NCBI RefSeq assembly: GCF_009914755.1
Contig: NC_060946.1
DNA: 64,000 nt
Source: the human T2T-CHM13v2.0 reference genome, Homo sapiens
Direction: 5' to 3' (one strand)
Part shown: positions 1 to 11,900 of the stretch, piece after piece
Layout of the letters: every line of letters starts with the position of its first letter
Numbering within the stretch: the stretch's first letter is position 1
Translations under genes and position numbers: made by a program
Notes under the pieces: generated by a model
Database searches by the model: none
What the model saw: the letters and a program-made list of their open reading frames with translations, nothing else
Told to the model about the DNA's origin: nothing

Positions 1-3000
1 GTAACCCTTGTCCAAGCTCTGCCTACAGGGGCGTTTCCACATATCCCTGAACTGATGACAAAGCTGATGTAACTCTTGCCTAGGCTTTGCCTACAGGGAA
101 CATTGGACATATATCTGCACTGATCACCCAGGTGATGCAACTCTTGCCTAGGCTTTGCCTACAGGGGACATTGTGACATATCTCTTCAATGATCACCCAT
201 GTGATGCATCTCTTGCCTAGGCTTTGCCTACAGGGGACATTGTGACATATGTCTGCACTGATCTCCCAGGTGCTGTAACTTTAGTCTAGGCTCTGGCTAC
301 ACGGCATTGTGACATATCACTGCACTGATCAACCAGGTGATATAACTCTTGTATAGGCTCTGCCTACAGGGGGATTGTGACCTACCTCTGCACTGATCAC
401 CCAGGTGATATAACTCTTCTCTAGGATCTGCCTACAGGGTACTTTGTGACATATCCCTGCACTGATCATCCAGGTGATCTATCTCTGATCTAAGCTCTGC
501 CAAAAGGGGCATTGTGACAGATCTCTGCACTGATCACTCTGGTGATGTAAGTATTTTCTAGGCTCTGCTTCAAGGGGCCTTGTCACATATCTCTGCACTG
601 ATCACCCAGGTGATGTAACTCTTGTCTAGGCTCTGCTTCCAGGGCATATTGTGACATATCTATGCACTGATCACCTTAGTGATGTAACAATTTGGTAGGC
701 TCGGCCTACAGGGGAATCTTGACAAATCTCTGCACTGTTAACCGAGGTGATTTAACTCTTGTCTAGGCTGTGCCCACAGGGGGATTGAGACATATCTCTG
801 CACTGATCCCGAGGTGATACAACTCTTGCCTGGTCTCTGCCTACTGTGGACATTGTGACATATCTCTGCACTGATCTCCCAGGTGCTGTAACTATAGTCT
901 AGGCTCTGGCTACACGGCATTGTGACATATCACTGCACTGATCACCCAGGCGATATAACTCTTCTCTAGGATCTGACCACAGGGTGCTTTGTGACATATC
1001 CCTGCAATGATCACCCAGGTGATATACCACTTGCCAAGGCTCTGCCTACAGGGGCATTGCAATGTATCTCTGCACTGATCACCTAGGTCTTGTAGCTATT
1101 TTCTAGGATCCGCCTACAGGGTGCTTTGTGACGTGTCCCAGCAAGGATTACCCAGGTGATGTACCTCTCATCAAGGCTCTGCCTACAGGCACATTGTGAT
1201 GTATCTCTGCACTGATCACCTAGGTCATGTAACTATGTTCTAGGCTCTACCTACGATGGCATTGTGACATATCTCTGCACTAATCATCCAAGTGATGTAA
1301 CTCTTGTCTAGGATGTGCCTAAATTAACTTTTTGACATAACCCTGTACTGATCATCCAGGTGATGGAGCTTTTGTCTAGGCTCTGCCTAAGGGGGCATTG
1401 TGACATATTTCTGCATTGATCACCCAGGTGGCGAACACTTCTCTCGGATCTGCCTATGGGGGCATTGTGAGAAATCTCTGCACTGATCACCCAGGTGATG
1501 TAACTGTTGTGTAACCTCTGCCTACAGGGGAATTGTGAGAGATCTCGTCACTGATTACCCAAGTGATGTAACCATTGTCTAGGCTTTGCGTACAGGGTGC
1601 TTTGTGACATACCTTTGCACTGATCACCCAGGTGATGTAACACATCTAAGTTCGGCCTAAAGTAGCTTTGTGACATATCTCTGCACTGATCACTTAGGTG
1701 ATGTAACACTTTTATAATCACTGCCTACAGGGAATTTTGACAAATCTCTGCACTGATCACCTAGGTGATGTAACTCTTGTCTACCCTCTGTCCAACGGGG
1801 CACTGTGAAATATCTCTGCACTGATCACCCAGGTGATTCAACTCTTGACTAGGAACTGCCTACAGATGTTATTGTGAAATATCTCTGCACTGATAAACTA
1901 GGTGGTGTAACCCTTGTCCTAGCTCGCCTACAGGGTCGTTTCCACATATCCCTGAATTGATGACAAAGGTGATGTAACCCTTGCCTAGGCTTTGCCTAAA
2001 GGGAACATTGGACATATATGTGCACTGATCACCCAGGTGATGCAACTCTTGCCTAGGCTTTGCCTATAGGGGACATTGTGACATATCTCTTCAATGATCA
2101 CTCATGTGATGCATCTCTTGCCTAGGCTTTGCCTACAGCTGACATTGTGACATATCTCTGCACTGATCTCCCAGGTGCTGTAACTTTAGTCTAGGCTCTG
2201 GCTACACGGCATTGTGACCTACCTCTGCACTGATCACCCAGGTGATATAACTCTTCTCTAGGATCTGCCTACAGGGTACTTTGTGACATATCCCTGCACT
2301 GATCACCCAGGTGATCTAACTCTGGTCTAAGCTCTGCCTAAAGGAGCATTGTGACAGATCTCTGCACTGATCACTGTGGTGATGTAAGTATTGTCTAGGC
2401 TCTGCTTCAAGGGGCCTTGTCACATATCTCTGCACTGATCACCCAGGTGATGTAACTCTTGTCTAGGCTCTGCTTCCAGGGCATATTGTGACATATCTAT
2501 GCACTGATCACCTTAGTGATGTAACACTTTGGTAGGCTCGGCCTACAGGGGAGTCTTGACATATCTCTGCACTGTTAACCGAGGTGATTTAACTCTTGTA
2601 TAGGCTGTGCCCACAGGGGGATTGAGACATATGTCTGCACTGATCCCGAGGTGATACAACTCTTGCCTGGTCTCTGCCTACTGTGGATATTGTGACATAT
2701 CTCTGCACTGATCTCCCAGGTGCTGTAACTTTAGTCTAGGCTCTGGCTACACGGCATTGTGACATATCACTGCACTGATCACCCAGGCGATATAACACTT
2801 CTCTAGGATCTGACCACAGGGTGCTTTGTGACATATCCCTGCAATGATCACCCAGGTGATATACCACTTGCCAAGGCTCTGCCTACAGGGGCATTGCAAT
2901 GTATCTCTGCACTGATCACCTAGGTCTTGTAGCTATTTTCTAGGATCTGCCTACAGGGTGCTTTGTGACGTGTCCCAGCAAGGATTACCCAGGTGATGTA

Positions 3001-6000
3001 CCTCTCATCAAGGCTCTGCCTACAGGCACATTGTGATGTATCTCTGCACTGATCACCTAGGTCATGTAACTATTTTCTAGGCTCTACCTACGATGGCATT
3101 GTGACATATCTCTGCACTAATCATCCAAGTGATGTAACTCTTGTCTAGGATGTGCCTAAATTAACTTTTTGACATAACCCTGTACTGATCATCCAGGTGA
3201 TGGAGCTTTTGTCTAGGCTCTGCCTAAGGGGGCATTGTGACATATTTCTGCATTGATCACCCAGGTGGCGAACTCTTCTCTCGGATATGCCTATGGGGGC
3301 ATTGTGAGAAATCTCTGCACTGATAACCCAGGTGATGTAACTGTTGTGTAACCTCTGCCTACAGGGGAACTGTGAGAGATCTCGTCACTGATTACCCAAG
3401 TGATGTAACCGTTGTCTAGGCTTTGCATACAGGGGGCTTTGTGACATACCTTCGCACTGATCACCCAGGTGATGTAACACATCTAAGTTCGGCGTAAAGG
3501 AGCTTTGTGACATATCTCTGCAGTGATCACTTAGGTGATGTAACACTTTTATAATCACTGCCTACATGGAATTTTGACAAATCTCTGCACTGATCACCTA
3601 GGTGATGTAACACTTGTCTACCGTCTGTCCAACGGGGCATTGTGAAATATCTCTGCACTGATCACCCAGGTGATTCAACTCTTGACTAGTAACTGCCTAC
3701 AGAGGTTATTGTGAAATATCTCTGCACTGATAAACTAGGTGGTGTAACCCTTGTCCAAGCTCTGCCTACAGGGGCGTTTCCACATATCCCTGAACTGATG
3801 ACAAAGCTGATGTAACTCTTGCCTAGGCTTTGCCTACAGGGAACATTGGACATATATCTGCACTGATCACCCAGGTGATGCAACTCTTGCCTAGGCTTTG
3901 CCTACAGGGGACATTGTGACATATCTCTTCAATGATCACCCATGTGATGCATCTCTTGCCTAGGCTTTGCCTACAGGGGACATTGTGACATATGTCTGCA
4001 CTGATCTCCCAGGTGCTGTAACTTTAGTCTAGGCTCTGGCTACACGGCATTGTGACATATCACTGCACTGATCAACCAGGTGATATAACTCTTGTATAGG
4101 CTCTGCCTACAGGGGGATTGTGACCTACCTCTGCACTGATCACCCAGGTGATATAACTCTTCTCTAGGATCTGCCTACAGGGTACTTTGTGACATATCCC
4201 TGCACTGATCATCCAGGTGATCTATCTCTGATCTAAGCTCTGCCTAAAGGGGCATTGTGACAGATCTCTGCACTGATCACTCTGGTGATGTAAGTATTTT
4301 CTAGGCTCTGCTTCAAGGGGCCTTGTCACATATCTCTGCACTGATCACCCAGGTGATGTAACTCTTGTCTAGGCTCTGCTTCCAGGGCATATTGTGACAT
4401 ATCTATGCACTGATCACCTTAGTGATGTAACACTTTGGTAGGCTCGGCCTACAGGGGAATCTTGACAAATCTCTGCACTGTTAACCGAGGTGATTTAACT
4501 CTTGTCTAGGCTGTGCCCACAGGGGGATTGAGACATATCTCTGCACTGATCCCGAGGTGATACAACTCTTGCCTGGTCTCTGCCTACTGTGGACATTGTG
4601 ACATATCTCTGCACTGATCTCCCAGGTGCTGTAACTATAGTCTAGGCTCTGGCTACACGGCATTGTGACATATCACTGCACTGATCACCCAGGCGATATA
4701 ACTCTTCTCTAGGATCTGACCACAGGGTGCTTTGTGACATATCCCTGCAATGATCACCCAGGTGATATACCACTTGCCAAGGCTCTGCCTACAGGGGCAT
4801 TGCAATGTATCTCTGCACTGATCACCTAGGTCTTGTAGCTATTTTCTAGGATCCGCCTACAGGGTGCTTTGTGACGTGTCCCAGCAAGGATTACCCAGGT
4901 GATGTACCTCTCATCAAGGCTCTGCCTACAGGCACATTGTGATGTATCTCTGCACTGATCACCTAGGTCATGTAACTATGTTCTAGGCTCTACCTACGAT
5001 GGCATTGTGACATATCTCTGCACTAATCATCCAAGTGATGTAACTCTTGTCTAGGATGTGCCTAAATTAACTTTTTGACATAACCCTGTACTGATCATCC
5101 AGGTGATGGAGCTTTTGTCTAGGCTCTGCCTAAGGGGGCATTGTGACATATTTCTGCATTGATCACCCAGGTGGCGAACACTTCTCTCGGATCTGCCTAT
5201 GGGGGCATTGTGAGAAATCTCTGCACTGATCACCCAGGTGATGTAACTGTTGTGTAACCTCTGCCTACAGGGGAATTGTGAGAGATCTCGTCACTGATTA
5301 CCCAAGTGATGTAACCATTGTCTAGGCTTTGCGTACAGGGTGCTTTGTGACATACCTTTGCACTGATCACCCAGGTGATGTAACACATCTAAGTTCGGCT
5401 TAAAGTAGCTTTGTGACATATCTCTGCACTGATCACTTAGGTGATGTAACACTTTTATAATCACTGCCTACAGGGAATTTTGACAAATCTCTGCACTGAT
5501 CACCTAGGTGATGTAACTCTTGTCTACCCTCTGTCCAACGGGGCACTGTGAAATATCTCTGCACTGATCACCCAGGTGATTCAACTCTTGACTAGGAACT
5601 GCCTACAGATGTTATTGTGAAATATCTCTGCACTGATAAACTAGGTGGTGTAACCCTTGTCCTAGCTCGCCTACAGGGTCGTTTCCACATATCCCTGAAT
5701 TGATGACAAAGGTGATGTAACCCTTGCCTAGGCTTTGCCTAAAGGGAACATTGGACATATATGTGCACTGATCACCCAGGTGATGCAACTCTTGCCTAGG
5801 CTTTGCCTATAGGGGACATTGTGACATATCTCTTCAATGATCACTCATGTGATGCATCTCTTGCCTAGGCTTTGCCTACAGCTGACATTGTGACATATCT
5901 CTGCACTGATCTCCCAGGTGCTGTAACTTTTGTCTAGGCTCTGGCTACACGGCATTGTGACCTACCTCTGCACTGATCACCCAGGTGATATAACTCTTCT

Positions 6001-8900
6001 CTAGGATCTGCCTACAGGGTACTTTGTGACATATCCCTGCACTGATCACCCAGGTGATCTAACTCTGGTCTAAGCTCTGCCTAAAGGAGCATTGTGACAG
6101 ATCTCTGCACTGATCACTGTGGTGATGTAAGTATTGTCTAGGCTCTGCTTCAAGGGGCCTTGTCACATATCTCTGCACTGATCACCCAGGTGATGTAACT
6201 CTTGTCTAGGCTCTGCTTCCAGGGCATATTGTGACATATCTATGCACTGATCACCTTAGTGATGTAACACTTTGGTAGGCTCGGCCTACAGGGGAGTCTT
6301 GACATATCTCTGCACTGTTAACCGAGGTGATTTAACTCTTGTATAGGCTGTGCCCACAGGGGGATTGAGACATATGTCTGCACTGATCCCGAGGTGATAC
6401 AACTCTTGCCTGGTCTCTGCCTACTGTGGATATTGTGACATATCTCTGCACTGATCTCCCAGGTGCTGTAACTTTAGTCTAGGCTCTGGCTACACGGCAT
6501 TGTGACATATCACTGCACTGATCACCCAGGCGATATAACACTTCTCTAGGATCTGACCACAGGGTGCTTTGTGACATATCCCTGCAATGATCACCCAGGT
6601 GATATACCACTTGCCAAGGCTCTGCCTACAGGGGCATTGCAATGTATCTCTGCACTGATCACCTAGGTCTTGTAGCTATTTTCTAGGATCTGCCTACAGG
6701 GTGCTTTGTGACGTGTCCCAGCAAGGATTACCCAGGTGATGTACCTCTCATCAAGGCTCTGCCTACAGGCACATTGTGATGTATCTCTGCACTGATCACC
6801 TAGGTCATGTAACTATTTTCTAGGCTCTACCTACGATGGCATTGTGACATATCTCTGCACTAATCATCCAAGTGATGTAACTCTTGTCTAGGATGTGCCT
6901 AAATTAACTTTTTGACATAACCCTGTACTGATCATCCAGGTGATGGAGCTTTTGTCTAGGCTCTGCCTAAGGGGGCATTGTGACATATTTCTGCATTGAT
7001 CACCCAGGTGGCGAACTCTTCTCTCGGATATGCCTATGGGGGCATTGTGAGAAATCTCTGCACTGATAACCCAGGTGATGTAACTGTTGTGTAACCTCTG
7101 CCTACAGGGGAACTGTGAGAGATCTCGTCACTGATTACCCAAGTGATGTAACCGTTGTCTAGGCTTTGCATACAGGGGGCTTTGTGACATACCTTCGCAC
7201 TGATCACCCAGGTGATGTAACACATCTAAGTTCGGCGTAAAGGAGCTTTGTGACATATCTCTGCAGTGATCACTTAGGTGATGTAACACTTTTATAATCA
7301 CTGCCTACATGGAATTTTGACAAATCTCTGCACTGATCACCTAGGTGATGTAACACTTGTCTACCGTCTGTCCAACGGGGCATTGTGAAATATCTCTGCA
7401 CTGATCACCCAGGTGATTCAACTCTTGACTAGTAACTGCCTACAGAGGTTATTGTGAAATATCTCTGCACTGATAAACTAGGTGGTGTAACCCTTGTCCA
7501 AGCTCTGCCTACAGGGGCGTTTCCACATATCCCTGAACTGATGACAAAGCTGATGTAACTCTTGCCTAGGCTTTGCCTACAGGGAACATTGGACATATAT
7601 CTGCACTGATCACCCAGGTGATGCAACTCTTGCCTAGGCTTTGCCTACAGGGGACATTGTGACATATCTCTTCAATGATCACCCATGTGATGCATCTCTT
7701 GCCTAGGCTTTGCCTACAGGGGACATTGTGACATATGTCTGCACTGATCTCCCAGGTGCTGTAACTTTAGTCTAGGCTCTGGCTACACGGCATTGTGACA
7801 TATCACTGCACTGATCAACCAGGTGATATAACTCTTGTATAGGCTCTGCCTACAGGGGGATTGTGACCTACCTCTGCACTGATCACCCAGGTGATATAAC
7901 TCTTCTCTAGGATCTGCCTACAGGGTACTTTGTGACATATCCCTGCACTGATCATCCAGGTGATCTATCTCTGATCTAAGCTCTGCCTAAAGGGGCATTG
8001 TGACAGATCTCTGCACTGATCACTCTGGTGATGTAAGTATTTTCTACGCTCTGCTTCAAGGGGCCTTGTCACATATCTCTGCACTGATCACCCAGGTGAT
8101 GTAACTCTTGTCTAGGCTCTGCTTCCAGGGCATATTGTGACATATCTATGCACTGATCACCTTAGTGATGTAACACTTTGGTAGGCTCGGCCTACAGGGG
8201 AATCTTGACAAATCTCTGCACTGTTAACCGAGGTGATTTAACTCTTGTCTAGGCTGTGCCCACAGGGGGATTGAGACATATCTCTGCACTGATCCCGAGG
8301 TGATACAACTCTTGCCTGGTCTCTGCCTACTGTGGACATTGTGACATATCTCTGCACTGATCTCCCAGGTGCTGTAACTATAGTCTAGGCTCTGGCTACA
8401 CGGCATTGTGACATATCACTGCACTGATCACCCAGGCGATATAACTCTTCTCTAGGATCTGACCACAGGGTGCTTTGTGACATATCCCTGCAATGATCAC
8501 CCAGGTGATATACCACTTGCCAAGGCTCTGCCTACAGGGGCATTGCAATGTATCTCTGCACTGATCACCTAGGTCTTGTAGCTATTTTCTAGGATCCGCC
8601 TACAGGGTGCTTTGTGACGTGTCCCAGCAAGGATTACCCAGGTGATGTACCTCTCATCAAGGCTCTGCCTACAGGCACATTGTGATGTATCTCTGCACTG
8701 ATCACCTAGGTCATGTAACTATGTTCTAGGCTCTACCTACGATGGCATTGTGACATATCTCTGCACTAATCATCCAAGTGATGTAACTCTTGTCTAGGAT
8801 GTGCCTAAATTAACTTTTTGACATAACCCTGTACTGATCATCCAGGTGATGGAGCTTTTGTCTAGGCTCTGCCTAAGGGGGCATTGTGACATATTTCTGC
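1..8900. repeat. 3743-bp tandem super-repeat (28-mer + 27-mer), about 2.3-2.4 copies visible
   Basis: The sequence at position 1 recurs at 3744 and 7487. Identical ORF translations occur at 738/4481/8224, 1308/5051, 3291/7034 and 3686/7429 (offset 3743). Confidence 0.9.
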
Positions 8901-11900
8901 ATTGATCACCCAGGTGGCGAACTCTTCTCTCGTATCTGCCTATGGGGGCATTGTGAGAAATCTCTGCACTGATAACCCAGGTGATGTAACGGTTGTGTAA
9001 CCTCTGCCTACAGGGGAACTGTGAGAGATCTCGTCACTGATTACCCAAGTGATGTAACCGTTCTCTAGGCTTTGCATACAGGGGGCTTTGTGACATACCT
9101 TTGCACAGATCACCCAGGTGATGTAACACATCTAAGTTCGGCCTAAAGGAGCTTTGTGACATATCTCTGCACTGATCACTTAGGTGATGTAACACTTTTA
9201 TAATCACTGCCTACAGGGAATTTTGACAAATCTCTGCACTAATCAACTAGGTGATGTAACTCTTGTCTACCCTCTGTCCAACGGGGCATTGTGAAATATC
9301 TCTGCACTGATCACCCAGGTGATTCAACTCTTGACTAGGAACTGCCTACAGAGGTTATTGTGAAATATCTCTGCACTGATAAAATAGGTGGTGTAACCCT
9401 TGTCCAAGCTCTGCCTACAGGGGCGTTTCCACATATCCCTGAACTGATGACAGAGGTGATGTAACTCTTGCCTAGGCTTTGCCTACAGGGAACATTGGAC
9501 ATATATCTGCACTGATCACCCAGGTGATGCAACTCTTGCCTAGGCTTTGCCTACAGGGGACATTGTGACATATCTCTTCAATGATCACTCATGTGATGCA
9601 TCTCTTGCCTAGGCTTTGCCTACAGGGATATTGTGACATATCTCTGCACTGATCTCCCAGGTGCTGTAACTTTAGTCTAGGCTCTGGCTACACGGCATTG
9701 TGACATATCACTGCACTAATCAACCAGGTGATATAACTCTTGTATAGGCTCTGCGTACAGGGGGATTGTGACCTACCTCTGCACTGATCACCCAGGTGAT
9801 ATAACTCTTCTCTGGGATCTTCCTACAGGGTACTTTGTGACATATCCCTGCACTGATCACCCAGGTGATCTATCTCTGGTCTAAGCTCTGCCTAAAGGGG
9901 CATTGTGACAGATCTCTGCACTGATCACTATGGTGATGTAAGTATTTTCTAGACTCTGCTTCAAGGGGCCTTGTCACATATCTCTGCACTGATCACCCAG
10001 GTGATGTAACTCTTGTCTAGGCTCTGCCTCCAGGGCATATTGTGACATATCTATGCACTGATCACCTTAGTGATGTAACACTTTGGTAGGCTCGGCCTAC
10101 AGGGAATCTTGACATATCTCTGCACTGTTAACCGAGGTGATTTAACTCTTCTCTAGGCTGTGCCCACAGGGGGATTGAGACATATCTCTGCCCTGATCCC
10201 GAGGTGATACAACTCTTGCCTGGTCTCTGCCTACTGTGGACATTGTGACATATCTCTGCACTGATCTCCCAGGTGCTGTAACTTTAGTCTAGGCTCTGGC
10301 TACACGGCATTGTGACATATCACTGCACTGATCACCCAGGCGATATAACACTTCTCTAGGATCTGACCACAGGGTGCTTTGTGACATATCCCTGCAATGA
10401 TCACCCAGGTGATATACCACTTGCCAAGGCTCTGCCTACAGGGGCATTGCAATGTATCTCTGCACTGATCACCTAGGTCTTGTAGCTATTTTCTAGGATC
10501 TGCCTACAGGGTGCTTTGTGACGTGTCCCAGCAAGGATTACCCAGGTGATGTACCTCTCATCAAGGCTCTGCCTACAGGCACATTGTGATGTATCTCTGC
10601 ACTGATCACCTAGGTCATGTAACTATGTTCTAGGCTCTACCTACGATGGCATTGTGACATATCTCTGCACTAATCATCCAAGTGATGTAACTCTTGTCTA
10701 GGATGTGCCTAAATTAACTTTTTGACATAACCCTGTACTGATCATCCAGGTGATGGAGCTTTTGTCTAGGCTCTGCCTAAGGGGGCATTGTGACATATTT
10801 CTGCATTGATCACCCAGGTGGCGAACTCTTCTCTCGTATCTGCCTATGGGGGCATTGTGAGAAATCTCTGCACTGATAACCCAGGTGATGTAACGGTTGT
10901 GTAACCTCTGCCTACAGGGGAACTGTGAGAGATCTCGTCACTGATTACCCAAGTGATGTAACCGTTCTCTAGGCTTTGCATACAGGGGGCTTTGTGACAT
11001 ACCTTTGCACTGATCACCCGGGTGATGTAACACATCTAAGTTCGGCCTAAAGGAGCTTTGTGACATATCTCTGCACTGATCACTTAGGTGATGTAACACT
11101 TTTATAATCACTGCCTACAGGGAATTTTGACAAATCTCTGCACTGATCACCTAGGTGATGTAACTCCTGTCTACCCTCTGTCCAACGGGGCATTGTGAAA
11201 TATCTCTGCACTGATCACCCAGGTGATTCAACTCTTGACTAGGAACTGCCTACAGAGGTTATTGTGAAATATCTCTGCACTGATAAAATAGGTGGTGTAA
11301 CCCTTGTCCAAGCTCTGCCTACAGGGGCGTTTCCACATATCCCTGAACTGATGACAGAGGTGATGTAACTCTTGCCTAGGCTTTGCCTACAGGGAACATT
11401 GGACATATATCTGCACTGATCACCCAGGTGATGCAACTCTTGCCTAGGCTTTGCCTACAGGGGACATTGTGACATATTTCTTCAATGATCACTCATGTGA
11501 TGCATCTCTTGCCTAGGCTTTGCCTACAGGGATATTGTGACATATCTCTGCACTGATCTCCCAGGTGCTGTAACTTTAGTCTAGGCTCTGGCTACACGGC
11601 ATTGTGACATATCACTGCACTAATCAACCAGGTGATATAACTCTTGTATAGGCTCTGCGTACAGGGGGATTGTGACCTACCTCTGCACTGATCACCCAGG
11701 TGATATAACTCTTCTCTAGGATCTGCCTACAGGGTACTTTGTGACATATCCCTGCACTGATCACCCAGGTGATCTATCTCTGGTCTAAGCTCAGCCTAAA
11801 GGGGCATTGTGACAGATCTCTGCACTGATCACTCTGGTGATGTAAGTATTTTCTAGGCTCTGCTTCAAGGGGCCTTGTCACATATCTCTGCACTGATCAC

